Shown here: piece after piece, positions 31,510 through 43,590 of the stretch
Position numbering within the stretch: the first letter of the stretch is position 1
How the letters are laid out: each line of letters opens with the position of its first letter
Assembly: GCA_963734985.1 (NCBI GenBank)
Contig: CAVTJB010000003.1
Coordinates: 42,807-106,806 of the forward strand
Length of the DNA: 64,000 bases
Source: an uncultured Flavobacteriaceae bacterium
GTDB lineage: Bacteria; Bacteroidota; Bacteroidia; Flavobacteriales; Flavobacteriaceae
Reading direction: 5' to 3'
Notes under the pieces: model-generated
Databases searched by the model: none
The model's input: the letters and a program-made list of their open reading frames with translations, nothing else
Told to the model about the DNA's origin: nothing
Translations under genes and position numbers: made by a program

Positions 31510-34500
31510 TTAGAAAGAAATGTTAAGACCCAAACCCAAATTGCTCATATTTGGGTAGGTAGCTCCTTTACCGCTTGCACGGGCATAATTTGAATCGTTA
31601 GGGCTTAAACCGTTGTCCAAAAATTCAGGATCGCCCGCACCGAACTTAGCTAAGCTGTTGTACAGCATAAATAAGTTTTGACCGGAAATATAGAGCCTCA
31701 AGTTGGAAATCCCAACTGTTGAAAGTACGTCTTCCGGCAAACTGTAGCCTAATTCAAAAGACTTAAATCGGACAAAGGCGACATCATGATACCAAAAATC
31801 ACTATCCGATGACGCTAATCCTACTGGCCTGATTCTCGGTAATTCGGCATTGGGGTTGGTTAAGCTGTAACTTCTGTTCGCCACGTAGGTCAGTCCATTT
31901 CCGTTTGCTGCAGTATCAAAACCGTTATCCAAACGCCATTTGGCACCGGCCTGACCTTGAAGAAGCATGTTAAGATCAAAACCTTTAAAATTAAAGGTCA
32001 AATTCAAACCAAACTGGGTAGTGGGAAACGCACTTGCATTGAAACGATACCTGTCATTGCCATCGATGATGCCATCCCCGTTAAGGTCGGCAAAGATTAA
32101 GCCGCCCAACGCGGCATTGTCATAGTTTACATTGTTGTCCAAATCTGCCTGGGTCCTGTAGATGCCGATTGCATCGTAGACCAGTATCGACCCCAAAGGC
32201 ATTCCCTCCAGTTTTTGATATACCTCAGACTGTGGTACCTCATCAAAAAATATGATTTTGTTTTTGTTATAAGAGGCATTCCCGCTGGCACTAAAGAATA
32301 ACTCGCCGAAATTATTCTTATAGGTAAGTTGGAATTCTATTCCTTTGTTTTCCATCTCCCCGATGTTTTCATCGGGAAGCACCAGCCCGGTATAATTAGG
32401 GATGGAGGCCTGACGCTCTCCTAAAATATCGGAGGTCTTACTTTTGAAAACATCGACCTCCAAAGCCAACCGGTTTTCCAAAAGCCCTATTTCTAAGCCA
32501 ATATCGGTGGTTTCCGTAACCTCCCAAGTTATATTGGGGTTGGGTGTCGTAGAGGCTTCGATGCCGCGAACATCTTGGCCGTCGACGACCCAGCTCCCGG
32601 CACCATTGCTATAATTAAAAGCACCGATATATTGAAAAGGAGCGACCCTGTCATTGCCTAATTGCCCCCAAGAAGCTCTTAACTTAAAAGTGCTAAACAG
32701 CTCCGGCATAAATGATTCCCTGCTTAAGACCCACCCCGCCGATACTCCCGGGAAGAAACCCCAGCGCGTCTCTTTCGGGAAAATCGGGGAACCATCATAT
32801 CGGAAATTGAAACCTAAAAGATATTTTTTATCAAAATCATAGGCCAATCGGCCAAAATAGTTTTGGCGCGCGTTTTCGCTTGCGCTGCCATCGGTAATCC
32901 AATTAGAACGATCTGTGCTACCAGCAAAAATTTGATCAATTTGCGGGGAATCGAAGCCCAACCTTCCTACTTCAGAAAAATTATCCTTATACTCGCTTTG
33001 TTCATAAGCCAAAAAGGCATCGATGCTATGCTTTTCGGCGATGGTTGTCACATAACCCAACTTGGCATTTAGGGTAAACCTATTGCTACGGGCATTTCTT
33101 TCTGTCAAACCGATATCTTCGATTGTTCTAGAAGGTCTTCTAACGATTTCACCATCGGAATTCTTTTCAAAATAAAACCAGGTATAATTAAACGCTTTGT
33201 CAAAATTGAAAGTCTTTATTACCGAAGCAAAGCCTTCAAGCGTCAGGCCATTTATGGCGGGAATATTGTATTTATATCTCAGAGTTCCGTTCAATACATC
33301 CGAGGTATATTTTCGATAACCAGGACTAAGAATTCTTGCCGCTGGATTGGACTGTGACCAACCCTCACCTGGGTAATCATAATTTCCATCGATATAGGCG
33401 GGCCGAAGCGGACTAGTGGTTGCAATTGATCCCAATCCACCACCACCACCGTTCTGTGGTGTTTGGGTATATTTTTGTCGGTAAGAGAGGTCCAAACCTA
33501 CTTCAAAGTTGTCGGAGATGTCTACATCCAAATTGCTACGTACATTATATTGTCTCAATTTCGTGGTATTATCGCCCCGAAGAAGACCGTCTTGCGAAGC
33601 GGTTCCCAACGAGGTGAAATAGCGGACTCTTTCGGAACCTCCCCGAACGGTCACAGATTGTCTGGACTGCTCCACAGGTGCATCTACAAGCGCATCCCAC
33701 CAATCTTCGGATATTAATTGCCCATTTCTGTATTGATCGACCAATTCTTGGGGGTAATCAGGATCTGTACCATCCAGGGCCCGACTGAAATTTAGGACTC
33801 CTATATATTCGAGAGCGTTTGCCGTTTCCGGTTTTTTGGTCGGAAACTGAAACGATTGTGTTGTGCTAATATCTATCGTTGGCTTTCCGTGCTTTTTCCT
33901 CGTTTGGTAGTGACCAGAGTAACGCCTCCTGCCGATTGCGCGCCGTAAATGGCCGCGGAAGCATCTTTTAATACTGAAATAATTCAATGTCACTTCAAAT
34001 GAGGTCTCTTGAGTGCCATTAGGATAGGCATTCGCAACACCATCGATTACGATCAGGGCCGAATTTTTCCTTGTTGTATTGAAGCCCCGCACCAAAATTT
34101 GGGCATCATCGAACCCCGGTACGGAACTCCTTTGGTTCACATAAAGACCTGCCAACCGACCGGACGGGGAATCAACAGCAATACCGAAGGCGATTTTTCA
34201 ATAGTCTCACCTGAAGTTTATTTACACCACTTGGTTGCGTAACTTCGGACTTCTTTTTTGTACCGTAGCCTAAAACTACCACCTCATCCAATTCGCTGGC
34301 GTCAGGTTCCAATTGAACATTGAGGGTGGTGGATGTCCCCACTTCCCTTTCCTGCCTGGAATAACCAATATAAGAGAAGACCAAGATGCTATTTTCATTG
34401 GCTACGCTGATGGAATAGTTGCCATCAAAATCAGAAGTTGTACCGTTTCCCGTACCTTTTTCGACAATACTTGCCCCGGGTAGGGGAGTACCGTTTTCAT

Positions 34501-34698
34501 CGGTCACCATACCGGTAATACTTGTTTGAACGCTGAGTTACTAATCTGCAGGCTAAAATAGGCCCCTTATTTGTGGTGCGGGATACATAATAGATTTGAT
34601 TGGCAAATGAGGCGACATTTCACAAGTCCAAGGATACTTCCAACTAACTTATTTCTCGGGAAGGAGCGCAGTTTCTGTGGTAAGAATTTACACTTCAT
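31510..34698 (-). pseudogene. SusC/RagA TonB-dependent transporter, frameshifted
   Basis: GMVTDENGTPLPGASI, LDEVVVLGYG, KDASAAIYG, RYDGSPIF, LRASWGQLGND, NPNITWE and a C-terminal Phe. The N-terminal ~250 codons are split by frameshifts; 31510-34155 is one open frame. Confidence 0.92.
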
Positions 34699-34886
34699 AT
34701 AGTTGATTATAATTGGAATTTGGTTTAGTTATAGCTTATGTATTGATTGTAATGTTGATATGTAGTCCACTATCGAATATATCTTGAATAATATGCATTT
34801 TTTAATATACCCATAACTTTTTTTATCAAAATCTTTATATTCATGTTGTTGACGCATGTTTGATTTACAGCGTAGACTATTCCAAA

Positions 34887-34906
34887 GAGAGAGAGAGAGA
34901 GAGAGA
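34887..34906. repeat. (GA)10 dinucleotide microsatellite
   Basis: Read directly, about 190 bp upstream of the susC start. Confidence 0.9.
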
Positions 34907-35504
34907 AAGGACGAACTGATTAAATTTTTTTCCAATTATTTAAAGAAAGGGTTGCGTTTATTTGGGTTGCAAAAAATAAAGTGCGCGAAAACAATCCTGC
35001 ATGGAAATGTTTTTGCTCAAAGCTATGCTAGTAAAGGAAATCGTGGCTTAGTTCCAATAATGGATCGGGCTGGCTGCCCCCTTGGGAACGGAATGTCTAT
35101 ATGTCGATGCCCCCTCCATACTTTAAGCTCATCGGGGGAGAGTACCCCCTCGCTAAGCGTGCGCGACCTTGTGAAGAAGTTGAGGGGCAGAGTCAAGGAC
35201 TCCAACAACAGTTCGCGGAATTGAAAAAGAAATACCGGGGCGCCATTTTTGGACAATTGGTTTCGGGTGCTGTAGCGCGGGTAAAATATCGGATGAAATG
35301 GTAAACGCATATTTGGAAAATGACAGAAACGTGAAGATGGACCGAACCGCGGAGGCGACTTTGATCGCTAAACCGAAATTATGGATTCAAGTTCATAGTT
35401 CTTGATGGGTCTTTATTAATAAATTGCTTTTTAATTTGGTAAAGTCACTGAGGTCAGGAATATCACGCGTATAAAAGTTCACTAAAATTTTTTTTGAAGG
35501 TTAT

Positions 35505-37783
35505 CTAGGGGCGAATCTTGCCAATTCCCCAAGTTTTGTTGGGATTCTTCCCCATATCTAGTTCGAGATTTCCACCACCTACTATATCCTTAAATTTTAT
35601 CCTGCATAATGGTTTTCCATTTAGCCTAGCGGATTGAATATAATAATTATCCTTTGAATTATTTGTGGTCTCGATTACAAAGGATTTCCCCGAATAATAA
35701 TTATTATCCAAATGAATTATGATTTTGTCAAATATCGGACTCCCAATCTCCATCAATGGTTCCACGGCTACCCCCGTCCATCTCAAAAAAGCCCATTGCG
35801 CTCATCACAAACCATGCACCCATCTGGCCCTCATCCTCATCGCCCAGCCAACCGTGAAGCGGGGTTGCACCATAATATATGTCCATAATTTTCCGAGCCC
35901 ACTTTTGTGTTAGCCAAGGTTCTTCAGAAAAATTAAATAAATATGCGGCCTTCATATTCGGTTGGTTACCGTGATTGATGTAATGTGCGGCCATTCTATC
36001 TCCAGTCGCATTAAAATTATCGTTTTTTGACTTTTCAAATCCTTGGTTAAGCCTTTGATTAAATTCTTCTTTACCTATTAGGCCAACAAGCATTTTACGT
36101 CTTCGGGAACAAAAAATGTGTATTGCCATGCATTACCCTCTACATACTCATTCCTTGGGGAGCTAAAAGGAGAAATCTTGCCTCCAGCTCCCATCTTTCG
36201 TTTTTGGTTGATATATTTTAATTCGGGATTGAATATATTCTTGTAATTCTCCGACCTTTTCATGAACAATTTATATTCCTTGTTTTTCCCCATAGCTTTG
36301 GCGAGTTGCGCTACACACCAGTCATCATACGCATATTCAAGGGTATTGGAGATATAAACCGATTCGGTGGGTACGTAACCTAACTCTAGATAAGGTTCAA
36401 TTTGCATATTTCCAACGGCCCCACCACATTTATATTTATGCCCTGGTACGGTTTGCTGGTGGACTATGGACTCCCAAGCCATGTCCACATCATAATTTCG
36501 AATGCCCTTTTGATAGGCACTTACAATAAGTGGTATTGAGTGGGATGCAACCATAATGCTCGAATATTCCAATCCCGCCGGCCCCTTGGGCAACCAGCCG
36601 CCGTCACTGTACATTTGAAGGAAAGATTTTACCATATTGACACAAGGTATGGTTTTACCAATGTCCAAAGTTGATTCAAGTTCCAAAAGGTATTCCAAAA
36701 CGCATCACTTCCTAGCATGGGCGATTCTGAATTTTTCAATTGTTTTATTCTTCACATTGGATCTGATATTTACCATTATTCACTCAATATAGCTCGCGCC
36801 ATATCGGAGCGGTACAAATTCGTATAGAATTTTGTTTTGTTCTTCTCAGTGCCACCACTTACTTCAATTTTGCCTAACAAATTGTTAAGTTACCTTAGAC
36901 TTCTCTAATGCATTAAAGTCCCAACCAAAAGGTTCGATCAGCTCTTTTTCAAGATTCAACCGTGCTTGTCCATACTTACTAGTGATATTCCCGTCTGTAG
37001 AAGTACCTTTTCCCCATCTTTTGTTTCGAAATCGACATAGGCGCCCACATCTCCATTTCCATTAATTTCCAGCACCTTGCTTACGATGTTTTTTTCTTTC
37101 CATCCACCAAACAATTTAAAAGATTTGTTAAAACGTGCGACAAAATGCACAGTGTAATCATTCCACCCCGCACTTGTTTGCTTTGAATACCCCTCAATTT
37201 CAGTATCATTACCTTCGTAATCTTCGCATCTTGGATTTTTGTTTCATATTCCTGGGGGAAAAGCAAATTGAAGAACACATGACCTTCATTCGTTTCAGGG
37301 AAGGTAAACCTGAAAAACCCACATCGAGTAGTGCTTGTCACTTCAGTTTTTATGTCGAAATCCACCAGATCCACCGAATAATAACCCGGACTAGCCTTTT
37401 CGGTATCCTTGTCTATTCGCGACCGGTGGCCTGCAGTGCTCCCAGTACTGATGGGTACATCGGCATGCGGATAAATGTATCGAGTTCAACACGCCCTTGG
37501 TGGGCATTACCGACAATCCGGACATCGTCCATGCATGGATATGACTGAATCCAAAGACACTCCCTATGGTATATTCGTATCCGGATTTCCAGTACTGACT
37601 CTGGTTATCGGGACTCAATTGCACCATCCCAAAAGGCAACGCTGCACCAGGATTCAACATCCACCTGGATTCGGAAGTGCCAATGAGCGGATCCGCATAA
37701 TCGACAGGCGATTTTTGCTGGGCATATATTCCGGTCGCACAAACCCCACAAATAAATAATGCGAAAAAAATACTTTTATTCAT
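35505..37783 (-). pseudogene. GH92 alpha-mannosidase no.1, multiply frameshifted
   Basis: PFGMVQLSPDN, FSHIH, TTRCGFFRFTFP, EYAYDDW, YVEGNAWQY and GDEDEGQMGAWF. Confidence 0.9.
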
Positions 37784-37841
37784 GGTTTTTCTTTCTTTAT
37801 CTATTAATCACATTTTAAAAGAGGTGCATTTACATGTTCTT

Positions 37842-37853
37842 ATGTGTAAACAT
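37842..37853. promoter_or_regulatory. Putative GntR/HutC operator ATGTGTAAACAT
   Basis: Palindrome 59 bp upstream of GH92 no.1; one of six copies. Confidence 0.75.
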
Positions 37854-37979
37854 ACGTATCTCAATATATTAAAAAATCCATATCAAAAATGATAGTCGCC
37901 ATTTTTATTAGTTTTTCCTTGATATTTGGTCGAGTCAAGCTATTTGAATTTAAAAGTTGTTGGCCCATTTAGCTATTCT

Positions 37980-39087
37980 CTATACCCGCTCCAATTTCAC
38001 AGGGGGTGTGAAATGAGCGTTCCACTGACAAACGTATAGATTTTTGTCTCCGTCTACACAAACATCATGACCATGGTTAAAAATCGCGGGATCTGCTTGA
38101 TACATTTTCTGCAATTCACCCTTAACATAAACCGGTGCTTCTCCCCAGGATTGGAGACCACCTTATTCTTTTGGTCCAAAATGGTTACAAAACCTGTATT
38201 TGGAACCCATTTTTCCCCCATCCCTGGTTTCTGACCAGCATACTCCCGAATAGATATTGTAGTCATCAAGTACAGGGCGACAGACAAAAGCCCCTGGAAG
38301 GTTGAGGGTTTTTATATATTTCCCATTAAGAGTGAAAAATTTAAAAGCATTTTCCGTTCTTGAAGTAACGATCAAAAGGGGATTGTTTTTGTCGCGGTAG
38401 TCCAGTGCCACACCATGAGCATTTACTAGGTTATAATTTTCATTCGTATTGTCATGTCCGCCCCATTTTGCGAATAAATTCTCCTTTGTGGCTATACTGT
38501 AAAATATAATCGGAGCCATATCCGTCGGCGACATAGATATCTCCATTGGGGCCAATTGCAGTCTCGGTTGGGCGATAAGCTTCATCTTGCTCATAAATCC
38601 CAATGGTATAGGGGTGTGGAAGAGAAAAGATAAGACGTCCGTCAATAGTGGTCTTGAATACTTGACCGGCCTGGGCCTGATTCTTGCCAGTTCTATCCAA
38701 ATAATATCCACAATCCACGATGTAGAGGACATCCTCCCCACCTTCATTGTGTAAGGTAAGGCCATGCCCTCCCGGATATCCCGTGCCCCAATAATCCAAC
38801 AACTTTCCCGATTTATCGAACACTAAAATATTATTGGCAGTATGGTCTCCAAGCATGAGCAAGCGACCCTTACTGTCCATCTGCATTTCATGGCAATTGA
38901 GAAGGGGATTGTGAGCAACACTCATTTTAGCCCAATTCTTTATTACCTTATACTTATAATCCCCTTGACCGATTATGTCCTTCTCAGGGGCATTTCTTTT
39001 TGATATAGCAAAGCTCAAAGAAGGAGTTGATGCCAGAGCGGTACCCGCCAAAGCTGTTTTTCCAATAAATTGTCTTCTTGTACCCAT
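37980..39087 (-). pseudogene. Tat-exported NHL-repeat (6-bladed beta-propeller) protein, frameshifted
   Basis: TRRQFI Tat motif, plus PTETAIGPNGDIYVADGYG, NAHGVALD and NLYVCQWN. Confidence 0.85.
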
Positions 39088-39221
39088 TTTATCTGATTTA
39101 ATTAGAAATTTTGTATTATTCGTGTAGGACTTATTACTTCGTTCGCTGATGAAATATTATTTTTCATTATTACCGTTTAATCATAATATACTGATAGTCT
39201 GTAATATCATTTTCACAACCG

Positions 39222-40139
39222 CTATAAATCTTTTTTAACTCGGTTCCAAAATTCGGGGTTGAACAATTTGGCACTTCCTATAATCGCGGCATCTTCCATT
39301 AGTTCCGATATTTCAAATTCTACTTTTAGACCCGCGTCCTGAATTTTCTCTTTAAGAACCGGTAGAAACATCTTTTTGGCTTTTGATATTTTACCTCCTA
39401 GTACGATGAGTTCCGGCTGATAGCGTTTTAGAAAAGGAAGCATAAATTCAGCCATGTTAGCACCAAATTCCGTGAAGACGGCTCGGGAATGTTGGTCATT
39501 CGCCTGGGCAATTTCTTTCACACCCTCAACTGTCCTTGACGAAATTTCATAATATCTTTTTAAACACCATCTAGTGGAAAAATAGTCATCGCTTATGCTT
39601 TGCCTGAAGCGTTTGTCCCATAACCATCCACTTTTGGGAACATCATGGGAATGTAGCTGTGGTACTCCCTCCTCTATAAAGGCCGAACCAAAACCCGTTC
39701 CTAGGGTGAGGGCGATTATTTTACGAAAAGTTTTAGCCTTTCCAATTGTAGAGACCCCGACCCCGAAGGCCATGGCATCGTTTAAAAACCTGAATTCTAC
39801 CTCTCGGGTTTTCAAGTATTTATTGAGTTCATCGGGAATGGATACCCCGTATAACCCTTCATATTTATCGTTACCATGGAACATGGCGGTCCCGGTTTTA
39901 TAATGGAAGGGTCCCGGCATCGCGAAACCAAGCTTGACGTTGCCCCTGATGGTTGCCTTCATTATGGTCCTGTTGATGGCTTGGCTCCAACTTTCAAGAA
40001 TAGCGTCCCTATCCACCTTGTTGTTTACCATGACCGAACAGCTGGTCTTAGGAACTATTTTAAGCTGTTGAAGGTCAACAGCGGCACTGGTGATGTGGCT
40101 TCCCCCGATATCTATCCCTACTACGATTTGCTTTTCCAT
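39222..40139 (-). CDS. ROK family sugar kinase (intact)
   Basis: GIDIGGSH, AMPGPF, LNDA and TLGTGFGS. Confidence 0.92.
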   Translation of the reverse strand: MEKQIVVGIDIGGSHITSAAVDLQQLKIVPKTSCSVMVNNKVDRDAILESWSQAINRTIMKATIRGNVKLGFAMPGPFHYKTGTAMFHGNDKYEGLYGVSIPDELNKYLKTREVEFRFLNDAMAFGVGVSTIGKAKTFRKIIALTLGTGFGSAFIEEGVPQLHSHDVPKSGWLWDKRFRQSISDDYFSTRWCLKRYYEISSRTVEGVKEIAQANDQHSRAVFTEFGANMAEFMLPFLKRYQPELIVLGGKISKAKKMFLPVLKEKIQDAGLKVEFEISELMEDAAIIGSAKLFNPEFWNRVKKDL

Positions 40140-40146
40140 CCTTGCG

Positions 40147-42518
40147 TTATTTGAGTTGCTTGTTGGGGGCGTCCGACATATAAAATGTTAGTTGACCACC
40201 ATCGGCTACTTTCTGAAAGGGAATACTTAAATGAGGATAAGGTTTGCCGATTAAGGTATCCTGTCTATAAAAAAATTATTTGGTGAGTTGTTGACCGTTT
40301 TGATAATGAAAGGTTTTTTCCGGTCGTTGACCTAAATCACACCCGGTCAAAAATGGGGCTCCCAAATTGGAAACTAGGGTCGGGTTCCGTCAGACCTTTG
40401 ATATCGAAAAGGCCGAGAGATGACATAATGTACCAGGCACCTAATTGTCCCTGATCTTCGTCTTGCCCATACCCGTAGCCATGTTTTTTTCGGTACCATA
40501 GAATTTTTGTCCAATCCGCCGGGTCCATTTTTGCGTGAGCCAAGGTTTACTCGAAAAGTTGAATAGCCATGAAATGTGTAGACTTGGTTGATTACCGTGG
40601 TTGTACAAGGTTTTTACCCCGGCAAAGGCGTCGATGCCCTCTCCTCCGAAGGCGGTTTTTTCAGAAATGGTAAAAATAGAATCCAAACGGGCATTGAATG
40701 TTTTCTTGCCAATCCGTTGGGCCAAGCCCTCGGGGTTATGGGGAACATAGAAAGTATACTGCCATGCGTTCCCTCTTGAAATAGGATCCAAGGGGCCAAT
40801 GGGTCGAAATCTTTTATGAATTGTCCATCTTTGAATCTGGGCCTAAAGAATCCTGTTTTAGGATCATAAAAATCTTTCCATGCATCCGATGACTTCATTA
40901 ACCGCTTATAGTCCTCTGTTTTTCCCATTTTCTTTGCCATTTGAGCCACCGCATAACTGCTAAATGCATATTCCAATGAATGCGAGACTGAAAATTGCGA
41001 TCCTTCAGGGACATTCGATCTTTGGTTTCTTTTAGCGGGGATATATGGTACAAATCCATTTTCAATAAAACTCTTTAAATCCATTTTTCCCGCCCCTTCT
41101 TTTCTGTCACGGTATTCAATTTCATTTTTTAAAGCGGCTTCATAGGCCAGGTTCACATTATCCTTTAGGACTCCCGTTTGGTAACCGGCGGCTATTACCA
41201 GTCCTGTAAAGTTGGTTCCCACGCCGGAGACGTACCGGCCATTTGCAATGCCGTCGCCCAGCCATCCCGCATTTTTATACACCTCCAATTGGGATTGTAT
41301 AAAATCGTTATAATATTCCGGCCAAACCAAGGCCCATAACTGGGTTAAATTCCAAAACGCTCCCCAGACCGAATCGGTATTGTATACATTATATTCGGGC
41401 TTTCCATTTTCATCCAAAGGGATATGGCCAAGGGTTCCATCATTTTGAGGGAAATCGCCATTAATATCATTGGAAAGCCCACGGCCCAACAGGGCATGAA
41501 AAAGAGCGGTATAGAATTTGACCTTGTTTTGAGTGGAGGAATCGGTTACCCTAATTTTACCTAGTTCGGTTTCCCAAGTTTTTTTTGCATTATTTAATAC
41601 TGTATCGAAATCCAAATTGGTCGTCTCGCTGGTCAAATTGTCCTTTGCGTTGGATATGGAAGTATAGGATAGTCCAGTTTTAAGGGTAATTTGTTCGTCT
41701 TTGACGGTATTATATTTTAGGTACATTCCTGCACCGATGCCCATAATGGAATCCTTCTTTGCCCTAACCTCCTCTCCCTTAAAGACACCGACCTCCACAG
41801 GTTTTTTATCCGCCTTGGCGAAAAAATACATCTTAATTTTCCCGTCGGATTGGTATTTTTTTACATATTCGGGATAGGTGATTACATAGCCCTCGATAGT
41901 TCCATCGGCATTATGCTTAACCTTTGCGTCCTCTACTTTTCCACTTTCGCCCAACTGATTACCAATATCAAGTATAAGGTAGGACTGATCCGATTTCGGA
42001 AACGTATAGCGCTGCCATCCCGTCCTGTTGGTTGCCGTCAGCTCCACTTGAATGTTATAATCCTTTAACAGGACTTTGTAATAGCCCGGTTCGGCCGTTT
42101 CATCCTTTTTGTCGAAGCGGGAGCGGTACCCTTCGTCCGGATGTTCCAAGGTTCCGGGTACGGTTTTCAGTTCTCCAGTAAGCCCAGTAAAAAGAAAACC
42201 TCCAATTTGAAATTCGTGCAGGTTTGCAAAGCCTTCGATGCTGCTATGCCTAGCATCGTCTCCGACCGCCTCCCATCCATTTTTGTTGCCGTACGAGCCG
42301 TTGGTGGAAGGTGCCAGTTTGGCCATACCAAAGGGCATGGCGGCGGGGGTGTAAAAGAACCATCGGCTATGGGCCGTACCTATGTTTGGCTCGACATATT
42401 GGGAAAGTTGTTCTTTGTGCTGGGGGTTTTCAAGGTGTGCCTCCTGTGATATTCCCATAAGAGGAAACAGTAACCAACAAAAGCATAATCTTCGGAGAAT
42501 TGGAGAGGTGGTGTTCAT
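40147..42518 (-). pseudogene. GH92 alpha-mannosidase no.2, C-terminal part frameshifted
   Basis: PAAMPFGMAKL, SLEYAFSSY, EG/NAWQYTFYVPH and GQDEDQGQLGAWY. The stop is at 40147, next to the ROK start; the likely start is MNTTSP at 42518. Confidence 0.9.
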
Positions 42519-42530
42519 GATTATGTTAAA

Positions 42531-42542
42531 ATGTTTATACAT
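42531..42542. promoter_or_regulatory. Putative GntR/HutC operator ATGTTTATACAT
   Basis: Palindrome (AATGT-TTAT-ACATT) 13 bp upstream of the GH92 no.2 / ROK unit. Confidence 0.72.
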
Positions 42543-42702
42543 TATAAAAATAAAAAAATTGGTATTACTATAAATCAAAGAAGTAATCCGGCCGTGGCTC
42601 TTGGCAAATCCAGCTATCACTGAGAGATAACCGAATAAATTTTTAGGAAACTGCGTTTTTTAAAAAGTTTCAGTGTTGTATATTACCGATGACTTGTGTA
42701 AT

Positions 42703-43446
42703 CTATACCTCCCTCTTAATATCAATGTCATAGGTGAAATGGTCGGTGTGATAGAAAACGATGTTGTATTCAACGGGTCTCTCTCCTACGTCCAACACTA
42801 GTCTTTCTCTTCTTAATATTGCCATTCCCGTATCGAGGTCTAGCATTGCCGCCATTTTATTATCGGCTTTTATAGCCCGTAATTTTTCTTTTGAGGTGGT
42901 CACGATAACATTGTGCTCCTGCTCCAATAGCTCGTACAAGGGCCTTCTAAAGTTATCATCGCTCTTGATGCCTATCCTAGGATGAAAATAGGAGACCGAA
43001 TAGAGATATTTGGCGTCCTTGGAACCTCTTATTTTTTCCAATTTCCAGACTTTTTTGGATTTGTCAATAGACAATGCCTTTTGAACTTCGCTGTCCGGAA
43101 TTACCAAAACGGCGTTGACCAAATAGTTGACAACCTCTATGCCTTGATTCCGCATTTCCTTCGTAAAACTGATCCAATTATCCAGTCTTGTGGAAATTCT
43201 TTGGGTCGCTACCTTGGTTCCTACTCCTTTTTTCCGTTCTATAAGTCCTTCATGGACTAACTTATTGATGGCCTGCCGAATAGTGTTTCTCGAAACCCCA
43301 AGTTTCATGGACATGGCCACCTCCTTCGGTAGAAATTTATCTCCATTTCGGTATTCTTTCCGGGTTATGAGTTCACGCAAATATTCTTCGATCTGCGCAT
43401 GTAAAGGTATAGGACTGTCTTGGTCTAACTTAAAATCCATAGGCAC
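42703..43446 (-). CDS. GntR family regulator, HutC/UTRA subfamily (intact)
   Basis: wHTH with LPKE...VSRNTIRQA...GVGT and a C-terminal UTRA domain (LYELLE, RERL, PVEY). Confidence 0.95.
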   Translation of the reverse strand: MPMDFKLDQDSPIPLHAQIEEYLRELITRKEYRNGDKFLPKEVAMSMKLGVSRNTIRQAINKLVHEGLIERKKGVGTKVATQRISTRLDNWISFTKEMRNQGIEVVNYLVNAVLVIPDSEVQKALSIDKSKKVWKLEKIRGSKDAKYLYSVSYFHPRIGIKSDDNFRRPLYELLEQEHNVIVTTSKEKLRAIKADNKMAAMLDLDTGMAILRRERLVLDVGERPVEYNIVFYHTDHFTYDIDIKREV

Positions 43447-43590
43447 TAAATGATGTCAAAAAACTCATATTCGACCCAATATAATACAATTATACCATAT
43501 TGACGATGAAGGTCTGCGATTATGGATATCATTATTTAATTCAGGTCAAATAGACATGGGATTATGATGGAATTCAAACTTAACTAAAAC

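Noticed and set aside
34930-35400. Possible gene remnant upstream of susC (ORFs 34856-35224, 35101-35304)
   Set aside because: It looks like eroded coding DNA, but no family could be recognised; a tblastx search would be needed.
42519-42620. Longer GH92 no.2 start at 42620 given by the ORF track
   Set aside because: The extension is AT-rich, non-signal-like and contains the operator palindrome; the signal peptide starts at about 42518.
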